From: Peribolospora baueri
Taxonomy: Eukaryota
Assembly (NCBI GenBank): GCA_029717555.1
Contig: JAMDHS010000092.1
Location: 61,247 to 81,246, forward strand
Direction: 5' to 3'
DNA: 20,000 bases
Below the pieces are notes generated by a model. The model was not told the origin of the DNA. It did not search any database and worked only from the letters and a program-made list of their open reading frames with translations. The position numbers were made by a program, and so were the translations under genes. This document shows, one piece after another, positions 9,194 through 20,000 of this stretch (its first letter is position 1; each line of letters begins with the position of its first letter).

Positions 9194-11842
9194 ATGTCGT
9201 CGATGGGTCTGCGCTACCCGGAAGTGCTGGGTTACAAGCTGACGGAACAGATCGGTGGTGGCGGCTTCAGCAGGTGAGAGAGAATAAGGGCAAGATGAAC
9301 CCTCTTCTAGCCCCGTCCGTGCTACGAGCGCTCGCTGACGGCCGCTTCGTCGCCGCCCGTACATTCCAGGGTGTTTCACGCCATAAATGTGTCCCAACAA
9401 CTTGAGGCCGCCATTAAGGTCATCTCCCTTCCTTCTTTCCAGGCCAAGTCCTCCAAACCGGCCGTCGACAAGCGCACGCTGCTCAAAGAGGCACAGATCC
9501 ACGGCTCACTCAAACACCTCAACGTGCTCGAGTTTGTCGGATATGAGGAGCATGACGAGGCGAAAAGTGCGGCGCGGCGCACCGTGCCCGGCTTTTACAT
9601 CGTCTTGGAGTTCGCCGCCGGAGGCGACTTGTTTGACAAGATAGGTAAGTTCATGTCCATTATGCAGCGATGGACTCAGTGAGTTGATTCGTTGCTGTAT
9701 CTACCGTTCCGTTTCAGCTCCGGACTTTGGCGTTTCGGAAGATCTGGCCCACTTCTACTTCACCCAACTGATCGCGGGCTTGGTAAGTCACTGTTCGTCA
9801 CATGCGCATGTTCAGGTGGACATGCTCGATTGACCCGATCAGTTCGCCTTTCATTCATTTGCGACAGAGCTTCGTTCATGGCCAAGGAATCTGTCATCGG
9901 GACCTCAAGCCCGAGAACTTGCTCCTTGATCGAGACGGTGGGTTTGAAGTGGTCTCCTCTCACCTCTATGTCCTGCTCTCTCACTCGTCCATGCATCCCC
10001 CATTCTCTCCGTCTCTTGCTGGCAGGCAATCTCAAGATTGCCGACTTTGGCCTGTGCAGCGTGTTTCGATACAAAGGCCAGGAGCGGGCGTTGAGCGGAG
10101 CATGTGGGAGCTTGCCGTATATCGCACCAGAGGTTTGTTTGCAGTCCACAAGGACGCTACGATTTGTTCAGATCTGATCGACCGCACCACATGTCTCTGC
10201 CATTGACCAGATGAACGGTAAACCGTACAGGGCCGAGCCAGTCGATGTGAGTTGGGCCCATATGTGTCTGATTGTGCTGGACACTCACCGTACATTGCAC
10301 CTTGCTCCAGGTATGGTCGTCTGGCGTAGTCCTGTTCGCGATGCTGGTCGGGAGTGAGTGACGCCGAACTGGGTTCCTTCGCTTTATATAGACGCTACAT
10401 TCCATCTTTGATCTTTCTTGCCGCCATCGACCCCTTGCAGACACACCATGGGACGAGCCAACAAAACGCTCTCCCGAGTTTCGCGAGTTCCTCACGGGCC
10501 GCATTTTGCGTCAAGGCCCTTGGACGCGGATACCGAGGGACGCCCTATGTTAGCTAAACGACCTTTCTATGCCATGTGCCCGGCTTCGAACTGACGTTCA
10601 CCTCATCTGTGTGCCGCTTGGCTCAGCTCTTCTGACGAAGACGTTACAGGTTAAACCTGAAGAGCGAATACGGATTAGTGACATCGAGAAACATCGGTGG
10701 TTTAGACGGTCAGTAAAGCCGCTCAGTTCGTCTATCGCGTCGTCTCCCCTTCCTCACGAGGTTTTCTTGCTTGGACACTCTAGGGAGAATCCGCTCTTGG
10801 CTCCGGATGGCCGCTGCAGCGACCCCGTCAGTCTGGCCGGCAAGCTGATGGAAGGCTTGGTCGTGTCTGGAGATCTGCAAACGTCGCGAGCAAAGATTCC
10901 CGATACGTGAGTTGGGAAACAGTTGATGCGATTATAGTGAGGAAGAGGGAAGTAGATTTGGATCAGCTCATGCCAATATTCTTTCTTTTGCCCACTCTTT
11001 CGCAGCATCTCCTACTCGCAACCAGAAAACATGGCCCGCCAGACCCTCTTGCTTGGTGATGTGTCCAATAACTTCGCACCCGCGTCGTCGGCTGCGCCAG
11101 CTTTGAGCGACCGGAAGGGTGTGCCGGCATTATCGCAACCGTTCTTGGACGAGAGCAGCGGATACGGTCACAGTCAGTTTACGCAAGCTGTCAACCTCTT
11201 TGTGGGTGTTTTGTCATTACCTTTGACCTGACGCTTCTGCGCGCCGGCTCGCTTTCTGACGCTCACGCACGGCCTTCCTTCTCATTCCTGCACCGACAGT
11301 CTCAGTGGTCATCCAACTTAGCCCCGTCCTCCCGGCACAGGCTGAACCCTCACCTGACGCGCTTCTTCAGCTCCCACCAGCCTTCGGTCCTTCTCCCCGC
11401 ACTGGTCGAAGCACTCACGGAGCTGGCCGTACAGAACGCCGTCGAGCCTCTGGGCGACGACCTTCCCGTTGAGGATGACCAGGAGTACGTACACGAAGGC
11501 GATGACTCGATGGACCTGGATGGCAACGGCCACGAGGGGGCTATCAAGCGTAGCGGCAGTGACGCGAGCCTTTCTGGCTCGGTGGGGTCCGTCGGCTCAC
11601 GGATCAGGGTGGGAACGGTGGACTCGCGCAAATGCACCCTCAAAGGCGAGATTCGCATCGAACGGCTACGACACAGCGACCTGCGTGCCCCTTCTTCTGT
11701 CGGCGCTGGCGCGGACGACGGCGGGCAGGGCGGTTCGCTGGTACTATGGAGGAGGAGCAAGGGAAGTCCCTTGGAATGGAGACGACTTTTCAGGGCGGTA
11801 GTCAAGTCGGGCGGAGTAAGGGAACTGTTGGAGGCCGCTTGA
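9194..11842 (+). CDS. CHK1: Checkpoint kinase Chk1, ~575 aa, 12 exons
   Basis: Exons 9194-9273, 9370-9644, 9718-9782, 9868-9937, 10026-10132, 10211-10246, 10311-10353, 10441-10548, 10627-10708, 10784-10906, 11006-11201, 11300-11842; total 1728 nt. Kinase motifs IGGGGFS, AIK, GGDLFDKIAPDFG, HRDLKPENLL, DFG, CGSLPYIAPE, GNTPWDEP; SQ cluster; Chk1 KA1 motifs LTRFFS and KGSPLEWRRLF. Confidence 0.95.
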
Positions 11843-12147
11843 CATTCCTAATCGATGCGAATCCGAGTTGTATTTTTTGCTATGCTTCCTTCTTCATAAT
11901 GTATACGTTGAGGCGCTCACTGTGAGTGGGGAATATACGAGCGCTTCCTCCGTCGTGCTCTCCTTCTCTTGTCCATTCGTACTCCTTCCACCAGCTTCCT
12001 GCCTCTGCAAACTCTATTTCTCGTCCCTCTCCACGAGCTCATGGCCATTGCCGTCCACGTGATGATCGAACGTCTCGACTATCGTGTGACTTGAGAATCG
12101 TCTTGCGCGCTACGTCTTCTCACTCCACCCCACTCACCACAGCCAGG

Positions 12148-13467
12148 ATGGGGTTTCTCTCAACCGTCGCCTCCGCCGCAATGGGTATGTGCGCCGATCT
12201 GATCTGGTATGACGGCTACTGTCGTGCTGGGGAGCGAGCCGAGTCTGACGCACCGCGTCGTTCGTCTCATTTCACATCTCGGTGGTGATCGAACGGACCT
12301 GTAGCGGTAGGCGCTCCGCTGGTATACGTTGATCAAATGCTGAGCATCAAAAGGAAAAGGGACTCTTCCGGGTTCAGCATGGGTGAGCTTTTGAGACCTG
12401 TAACAAAGGAGAAGGAGCGGCTGGCCTCCTCTCAGAAGGAAGGGCGCTTGGCCCTACACGTCTTTCCGACCTTGGTGAGGGGCCCCATCTGACTCTGGCC
12501 GTTGGCCTGTCTACACGCCGCAAACAGACGTGTCTGCCGTCCTTCTCTTTGCCAACATCACGCGGTGCTTTTACTGGCTTGGCGAGCGATTCGAGCTGGG
12601 TGAGCCGAGAAGCTCTGTGTGCTCAGCACTATCATGCACCGCACCGTCTCGTGCGCATGTGAACGGCGAAGCTCATCGTAATTTTGGTCGTCATGCCAGC
12701 GCTCCTTATCCAATCGCTCCTCATGATTCTCATGCAGCTCATCCTCCTTTACCTCTGCGTCCTCTACCGGCCTGTTTACTATTCCGCCTCCGTCCTTCCC
12801 TCAGACGAAGAACCCCTCCCTTCTGTTGATCTCGCGGCAACGGCAGATGCCGAAGACGCGATCGAGCCGCGTCCCTCTACCACCCATCGACCCTTTGCCT
12901 TCTGGCAGTGGCTCGAATACGGAAAATACTTGGAGGTACTTGCAGCATACGTGATGATCATGTTTGTGCTCTACCTCGTGCTCGGTGGGATGGGTTGGTA
13001 TATACAGCTGTTGGGAATTTTCGCGCTGGGAATGGAGAGTACTTTGCCCATCCCTCAGTTGATCAGGTGAGCGAGCCGGCGGTGTTGATGCAGGGAGCAT
13101 GTCCAATGGACGAGCGACTGACGTGCTCACACCCGTACGATGGTATGGTCCACTCTCCATCCATCTCGCGCCCAGCAACTTCCGACGCAAGAGCTTGGAA
13201 GGCTTCCGACTCTCCGTTCTCGCCGGCTGGCTTTTCGGCGACGCCTTCAAGGCGGTCTACTTCTTCCTCCAGCCGAACAACTCTGTTTGGTTCAAGGTGT
13301 CCGCTTGTTTTCTTTTGAGCGTCGACATCGCCGTCGCCGTTCAGGCTTTCCTGTACCGTCATAACGCGCCCGTCGGCGCATTGAACCTGGACGCTGGTTC
13401 CACGCGGCAGGAGGAGGAAGGACTCGTCCACGAAGGACCAGACTTCCAATTAGGCGAGGATGACTGA
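12148..13467 (+). CDS. ANY1: PQ-loop membrane protein, Any1/Cfs1/PQLC1 (SLC66A2)-type, ~281 aa, 5 exons
   Basis: Exons 12148-12184, 12305-12382, 12528-12599, 12700-13066, 13176-13467; total 846 nt. Motifs VYVDQMLSI..DSSGFSMDVSAVLLFANITRCFYWLGERFE.ALLIQS, FWQW, ESTLPIPQLISNFRRKSLEGF, WLFGDAFK.VYF. Confidence 0.85.
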
Positions 13468-13996
13468 TGGTGGTCGAGCGGGTCCTTATTTATTCTCTGC
13501 TCAAAAGGCTGCCGTTGTGTCCTGTACCGTTCTGTATGACAGAAAATCCACTATACCGTTTTGCAAGCCGAGCGAAGGAGAACGACGGAGATCCCAAGAA
13601 GTCTGACCTTGTTTGCCAGTTCTTCTATTGAGCTTGCGCGTTCGTGACGTTTGCAAACCCGTTGGTTCCGGTTGGTTGGCCGTGCGGACGACGACCCTCG
13701 CGGTGACACGACCCGATCACAATCTTATCGCGACCTTCGCGGTACAGGCTAACATCGTTCGTTCACCTTGATGGAGGCCCGACGGCCGCGAGCTAGGAGA
13801 GGAGCGACGAAGGACCCAACCACATCGAGGGTCGCAACGGTCACGACAGACGACCATGACGGTTGCCCGATCTAACGGTCCGAGTGCTCTGCTAGAACGA
13901 TAAAGGTGGAGCGGATGGAGCGACGATCGCGGACGACGGTGCAACGTCCCTCTCTTCCATCATAACACCCCTCCCCCCTAGAGCAAAAGTCTCGAC

Positions 13997-15969
13997 ATGA
14001 TGACGACGTAAGTCTGGGCCGCGACGGTGTCGCTGGAAGCCCCCCTTGGCGCGGATCGGCCTGGACTGACATTGTCGTGACCTCTGCGGCCAACTCAGCC
14101 TTTCCACGCTCACCTACGACGTCCTAGCTCTCCTTCCGGCCTACCTCGATCCTCTCTCCCTCTCCTCCCTCTCCCTCACCAGCAAGACACTCCGAAACGT
14201 GTCTTTGCCGCCCTTGGATGCTAGGGCGGAGACGCACGACACGTGGAGCTTTGTCTCCCTCGTCACCAAGCTCCATCGGGAGCGGTTGCTAATGGAGGAA
14301 GGGGAGGAGGGCGGGGCGAAACGGACAGAAGGCGATGGCAGAGGTGGGACGTCGGGGCCGAAATACTGTGTGGGCCACTGCACGGCGGCGAGAGCGGCAC
14401 TTCCTGGTGGTCAGGGCTTCAAGACTACGAGACGCGAAAGCGACGTCGACGGAGGGCGCCCTGACGGTGGTGCCACGGAGGCCCGCGGCCTTTCCTCCGT
14501 CGTCCCTGACGGGTGGCCAGCGACCACGCAATTCCGCGAGCGGAGGACTACGCGAGGGGCCAAGCTCCGTCTCCTTCGCTGTGCCGGCGTGGAGATGTGG
14601 GGGCGAGGGGTGGCCGGGGTGGGCTTTGTGGATCAGAACATGATGGGGACACTGAGCGAGGCGGTACCTGAATTGCGGGTGAGCCTCGACAGACTGGTCG
14701 CACATGCGTGGCAGGGGGCCTCACGATGCTCGCGACTTGTTCCTCCCATCGTCTGCTCTTTGCGCGTGCGACACCTCTGCAGGAACTAGAGTTCATCGAC
14801 ACGACGCTCCCCTGCCGGCTTTTCGAGCCCCTCCTCGTCAAACTACCGCGGCTCACGTCTTTAGTGCTTTCGGGTCCTCACCTCGACGCGAGCGCTTTCG
14901 CATCCCTTCTCTCCCTTCCCAACGTCCAACGCACGCTCCGGCACCTGGACGTGAGCGGCGTCAAGACGTGCGCGCACTGCAAGGGCGTCGAGGGCGTGCG
15001 AACGGCAAAGGAAGAGTTGGCGACAGCGCTGGCGGGTCTGGGAGGACTGAAGAGTCTCAAAGTCACCGGGAGTAGGGCTTTCGGAAAGGCGGAGGGGGAG
15101 GTGTGGCAGGAAGAGTTGCTAGCGAGGCTGGTGGCCCTCGGACGTTCGTCGGCGGCCGCTCCTTTCCGCCTTGACTCGCTCTCCATCCACCGCGTCCCCT
15201 GTAGTGGACCTGCGCTAGCCGCCTTTCTATCGTCGCCGGCTTGCGACGACCTAACCTACCTCTCATTGGGCGGGTTGAAGCGAGTCAAGGCACATCACCT
15301 GTTTGGCGCTCTTTCGTCTCACCGATCGGCGAAGGCGAAGGCGAACGCGCGACCGTTGGAGCTCGAACTGGACGGGAGACTGGTGGGCGGCACGGAAGGT
15401 GGAAGGTGCGTTCTCGACGACGACGTCCGTCACAGAACGGTCAGCCTGAGGCTGTTCGAGCCGAAGGAGGAGCAACAAGGTCTCCTCGACTGCTTGCGGC
15501 TACGAGCCGGCGAATGGCCCTGGCTCCGGCGCCTCGTCGTGCTGCCTCGGCTGAGCGAGCTTGAGATGATGACGACGGTCGGCGTTCCTTGTGCGTTCGA
15601 CGACGTCGACGCCGTACGAGGGTACGAGCGACTGCTGGAGACGGCTCTCGAGGAAGGAGACTTTGCCGCCGGTAGGGTCGACGTACGCATCGGCGACGAA
15701 CGTTGGAAGGAGTGTCTGTATCGTAAGGCGAGGCTGGAGGAGTGGAAGCGGGAGAAAGCAGGTGAGCAGGAGCAGGGGCGAGAGGAGGAGGCGGAGGAAG
15801 CGGGTCCGGGAGAGGTGTCAGAGGCGATGGCCGACATGATGCGCATCGCACGAGAGAGGTGAGTGCCGGGATGCCTCCGTCCAACTCCCGTCAGGTCGAC
15901 TGGCTGATCTTTTACTTTCTCCCCCGCCTCCATTGCTCGGAAAGGAACATCACCGTCATCTTTGCCTAG
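13997..15969 (+). CDS. F-box protein with degenerate LRR (RNI-like) repeats, ~563 aa, 4 exons
   Basis: Exons 13997-14007 (ATGATGACGAC|GTAAGT), 14099-14678, 14783-15858, 15945-15969; total 1692 nt. N-terminal F-box-like LSTLTYDVLALLPAYLDPLSLSSLSLTSKTLRNV; LxxLxL units (LPRLTSLVLSG, LRHLDVSG, LKSLKVTG, LDSLSIH, LTYLSLGG). If the last intron is not spliced the CDS ends at TGA 15862. Confidence 0.75.
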
Positions 15970-16969
15970 CTGGCGCCGGGCGACAGAGGGAGCGGGAGAA
16001 AGGCTGATCTTGCTTGGAACGGAAACGAGTGAGATAGTGTCTCGAGCGGTCAGTTGGGAGTCGTGCAACGATCGTCGGTGGCACCGAGGGAGGTCGTGTA
16101 TTGTTATTTTCCGACGCCGGGCAGGGCGTTGGGGCGTTTTTGCCGGTCTACTCGTTTTTGTCATTGCGTTTTCTTTCCGTCCTGACGAATCAGTTGGGCA
16201 CCAGTTCGGTTTCAACGAAAGCCGAGTGCCGCCTTGTCGTCGGATGTCTCGAAGCGGACAAGTGGTTTTTTTTTCAGCGACGGCTGCGCTAAGGCGACGT
16301 CGGCACGCATGCGAAACATGTACATATATCCCGGCTAAGCCGTGACCGGACGGACGGAAGCAGAGGCGGACGAATGGGTGCGGGTGCGGGTCGCGTGCGA
16401 GGGAGGGAGGACAAGGGCGGCATCGTCGAGGGGACGCCAGACAAGAACAAGGACGAAGGGGAGTTGTCGTCGGTCGATCGGAATGATCATCGATAACTAA
16501 CTGACCAACGAAACTAGCCCACGCCACGGCAGATGTCTGACTGAGCCTGGGCGATCGACGTTTGCCCCTCGCTCTAGACGGGCGCACCGAGGAGGATCTT
16601 TCTGCAGCGACCAACTTCTCTCCGTGCTCGGCTCGCGCAGGCAAAGCTTGGGTCCATTCCGCTCTAGGGCAAGCTGTGCGGAGGTCGGGTGGACGCGTGC
16701 ATGGCAATGCTCTAGGGGAGGCATCGGGTACCGTCGTCGGTGGCCGTTGTGCTGTGGCTGGGCCGACCAGCATGTGCTCTTTCTTCGTCCACCGCTAATG
16801 GACGGCGACCGGCGAACGGCGAACGGAGAACGGTGAATAGTGAACGACAGTGAGTGTGACCGGGATCTATTGCAAGCTACGGCCGAGACGAGACGGGGAC
16901 GAATCCTGCGCATATTAGCGGCCGGGAACCCACGGGGGACCCTGACGTGAGCAGAATGGGGGCCGGCCC

Positions 16970-16992
16970 GTCTGTGTCTGTGTCTGTGTCTG
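16970..16992. repeat. (TCTGTG)n microsatellite
   Basis: gtctgtgtctgtgtctgtgtctg read directly; a short (GACA)n run follows at 17039-17053. Confidence 0.8.
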
Positions 16993-18025
16993 GACGAGGT
17001 GGACGACGACGAGAACGAGGGACGTCGGGCTTGGCTGAGACAGACAGACAGACGCACGAAAACATCGCAAGCCGGGCGCGGAGCGGAGCTGATAGCCGAA
17101 GAGATACGCGGTCAGGAGATTTTCCCCGTCTTAGTTTCCCCGAGGCTACACCAGAACCAGAAACGAACCAAAGCGGGATCCGACTAGTTTGGCTCGCTCG
17201 CACATTCTTTGGCCAAAGTAGTTCGCAAGCTACGACGACCGACGGCAGGCTCAGTGCGAGCCAGGCCGTCCTCGACGCCGGCCAATCGCTCTCGCTCCGC
17301 CACGTCGAGTCCGTGCGTCGACGAGCGAGCGAGCGACGAGCAAGGGACGTGTCGCCGCCACCACCTCGTCCGCTCTACACCCGCTCTCCACCTCATCCTC
17401 TGTCATGCCCATCCTTCTCTCCCCATAGCACCCCGTGTTCGTCCGTCCGCAGATCGGGTCATGCGTCGCGACCTTGCACCAGCACCGAAGGCGACAGCGA
17501 CAGCGACATGGTCCCGGCTGACCTTTTCGCAGATCCAGATCCCCTCAGCATGCTCCTCGATCCTACCCACATACATAAGCGCACTCCGTCACCAAAGAGG
17601 CACTCATTGCGCTCCTTCCGTCCGTCTCGGAAGTCTCGGCAGACCAACTCTCCGAGGTTTCACCCATCTCAGACCTTCGTTCATGCTCATCCTCATCATT
17701 CTCTTTCCCGACAATCATTCCTCCGTTTCACCTGTCGCCGCCCCGCTCTTATTCTTCTTCTTCTTCTCCTCCCGAACTCCCGGAGCACCCGTGACCCCAT
17801 CGTCACAACTCACGTCGTGGTCGTCGTCGTCGTCCCGACTAACGTCTCTGTCCTCCTCCGCTACGCTCCTTGAATAAAGACTCGAAGACGTCGCGGCGGT
17901 CTTCGAGCCGCCCCCACTTTTTGTCGCCCCTCCTCCTCCCTCCCTCCCCAGCCACCAACTCCGTCTTTCTTAAACACGACGAGCTGGCCCATCGGCGTCC
18001 AACCGGAAGCCCACGATACTCCACC

Positions 18026-19770
18026 ATGGATCCGGTCTTCTTCGCCCGGCAAGCTGCGACGGCGGCCAGCCCCTCCCCCTCCGCCGCTGCCGCCGCCGCC
18101 GCCCTAGGACCGCCGCCCGTCGAGGCGCAAACGACCATCTTCGTCGTCCTTCCGCCCTCTGTCTCCTATGCTCTCTTGGTCAACGTCATCCTCTACTCGG
18201 CCTGGATCGGAGCGGTGATGCTGGACGTCATCGGGAACGCCGGGTTCGATTACCACCTCGTTAGGAAGCCCGGCTGGCTCAACTTGGGCAAGTCCGTCGG
18301 ACGCCTGTCGTATTTCCTCAGCAGGTACTTTTCATTGGCTTTCTTGGTCACCACCTTGTGCACTTTTTCGATCAAGTGGAATTCCTGCAGGGCGTTGGCC
18401 AACACCGTCAACGTGTTTGTGAGTCTCGTCTCGACTCCCCGGTCTAGCCGCCGTCCAAAGTTGGTCTCGCTAATCAAAATGGGCCCTTCCACATCACAGT
18501 TTGTTCTCGGCCTCTCCTTTACCCAGTTCGTCTTCCTCTACCGAACACTCATCATCTGGAGGCTCGACAAACGCATCTTCGTCCCCTGCACGGCCCTCTA
18601 CCTCTGCAACATCGCCGGGGCGGTGACGGTGTTGATCAAGGGTCACAGCATGCCCCTCCCTGGCACCCAAGACCCCTCCTCGGGCGGGCAGTGGTGCATC
18701 TACATGAGCGAGCCCAACTCCATGTTCCTCTTTTACACCGCCTCCAGCTTGGCTTTTGACATTGCCATCTTTGTCGCCACCACGAAGAAGCTGCTCGACG
18801 ACGACATCTTCACCTTTTTGAAGCGCAGGTCCACCTTTGTAAACGTCTCCGAGGTCTCCCGCGCTCTCCTCGCCAAAGGTGAGAGGCCCATCGCTGTGCG
18901 GATAGGGTCGGGGCCGAGCTGAGTGGATTTTTGACCGCTTTTTTCGCTCATTCGCGTGTCGTCCGCGTGGCAGGTATGATCTACTTCCTCGGTAACGTGA
19001 GCATCGGCATCATCGTCCTCGTCATGGCGGTCAGCACGTCCGACGACGCATACAAGACAGTCAACCTGTCCACCGTCGCCGGCGGCACCTCCATCCTCGG
19101 CGCGGCTGTCTACCGTGCCGCGTTCAAAGCGGCAGAGCAAATGCGGAGGAAGAGTGGTTCGGTGCCCCCTTACTCCGGCGGGAGCAGCAGCGGACCTCAC
19201 CACAGCGGCGCTCATGGCCTTGGCATTTTCGATCGACGGCATACGAGCACGATCGGAGGAAGCCTGCCTGCGGGGAGCAAAGGCGGTGCTGGCGCCGGCT
19301 TCCGATCCGCGGGAGGAGGAGGAGGACTCGAGGGCAAGGCATCAGGGGACGCCAGCGACTTTATCGAGATGGAGCCCACCTCGCCCACGACGCCCACGAC
19401 GCCCACGACGCCCACGACGACGACCACTAGACGCACCTCTCGGGGCATCCTGCGCGGCATGCCCAACTCGCCGAGCGTCGACCACCTCGGGAACCCTCTG
19501 CTGGTGTACGTCACCACCGAACGCGAGGTCTTTGACGCCGCCACCACGGACGGTCGAGGCGGCATTGGCGGCGGTGGTGGTGGCGGCAGGCGCGACTTGC
19601 CGGTGTACGAAGAGGACGACGGCGAGGGCGACGGCGAGACCCGCGACGGCCACGCCGACGCCTTGTCTACGCGGGCCGCCTCGGACGTGGATCCCATGCC
19701 GACGCCGCCACCGGCGGTCTTCCAGAGCCCGTCGGTGCAATGGTCGACGGCCTTCGGCAGCGCGCACTGA
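18026..19770 (+). CDS. Putative 7-transmembrane (GPCR-like, DUF6533-like N-terminus) membrane protein with long disordered C-tail, ~522 aa, 3 exons
   Basis: Perfect Kozak CCACCATGG at 18026. Exons 18026-18418, 18500-18878, 18974-19770; total 1569 nt. About 7 hydrophobic segments; family-like motifs D..F.DY.LV, YFLSRY, a Cys before TM3 (NSCRAL) and a Cys in loop 2 (QWCIY), SLAFD, LL.KGMIYF. Confidence 0.75.
19383..19418 (+). repeat. Coding 9-bp tandem repeat (GCCCACGAC)x4 encoding PTT repeats
   Basis: Four identical units; translation SPTTPTTPTTPTTTTT. Confidence 0.85.
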
Positions 19771-19971
19771 AATGGAGACGGAACCGTCCTTCTGTTCTCC
19801 GTGCACTTTTGTTTTTCTACCATTCATCCACTTTCCACTCTCTTTTTTCGCACCCTCCCTCCCTCCCTCGCTACACAAAGAACCGCAAAACGCTGCGATC
19901 CCGTCAGACCTTCCTTTTACTTTTCCTCCGCTCTCGTGGCAACGCAATCCTTACTCTTCTTGGCCATCCCC

Positions 19972-19997
19972 TTTTTTTTTTTTTTTTTTTTTTTTTT
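19972..19997. repeat. Poly(T) homopolymer, 26 nt
   Basis: Read directly; about 200 bp downstream of the 7TM stop codon, in a pyrimidine-rich 3' region. Confidence 0.9.
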
Positions 19998-20000
19998 CCC

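Noticed and set aside
12436..12474. 39-nt in-frame cassette exon in PQ-loop intron 2 (CAG...GTGAGG)
   Set aside because: The flanking introns would be 53 nt each, shorter than any other in the window. Other AGs intervene, and the insertion would split the conserved GFS-x-D-V motif.
15430..16773. 447-aa minus-strand ORF
   Set aside because: Low-complexity R/P/S-rich translation, partly antisense to the GC-rich F-box CDS, with no recognisable domain. Long open frames are expected at this GC content.
16947..17877. 308-aa and 222-aa plus-strand ORFs as stand-alone genes
   Set aside because: They translate microsatellites and pyrimidine tracts, have non-ATG starts in the ORF track and show no domain. 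Kept only as possible uORFs.
7421..18499. Apparent excess of in-frame, stop-free introns (MCM4 i8, CHK1 i9, 7TM i1, plus two in RNA14)
   Set aside because: About 5 of 40 introns is roughly what chance predicts for short GC-rich introns.
19972..19997. Poly(T) as a retroelement or retrocopy tail
   Set aside because: No element body or target-site duplication is visible, and the window ends 3 nt later, so it cannot be assessed.

Overview
Gene-dense, intron-rich fungal genomic DNA, probably basidiomycete (inferred from GC-rich sequence, 64-160 nt GT-AG introns with CTRAC-like branch sites, and a 7TM family typical of basidiomycetes). Seven multi-exon genes were reconstructed by hand, and each spliced CDS is a whole number of codons: RNA14/CstF-77 (-), MCM4 (+), a Pex4-like ubiquitin-conjugating E2 (-), CHK1 (+), a PQ-loop Any1/PQLC1-type protein (+), an F-box/LRR-like protein (+) and a 7TM GPCR-like membrane protein (+). 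No rRNA, tRNA, transposon or CRISPR was recognised. The most interesting signals are non-coding. (1) RNA14 intron 3 is abnormally long (281 nt) and contains a candidate frame-shifting cassette exon, possible intronic-polyadenylation feedback signals and C/D snoRNA-like boxes. (2) The last intron of the E2 gene has an internal branch-AG|GT junction resembling recursive splicing or a poison microexon. (3) Two short bidirectional promoters (RNA14/MCM4 and E2/CHK1) share a CACGTG + ACGCG(T) MCB-like architecture. All of these are hypotheses from sequence alone.
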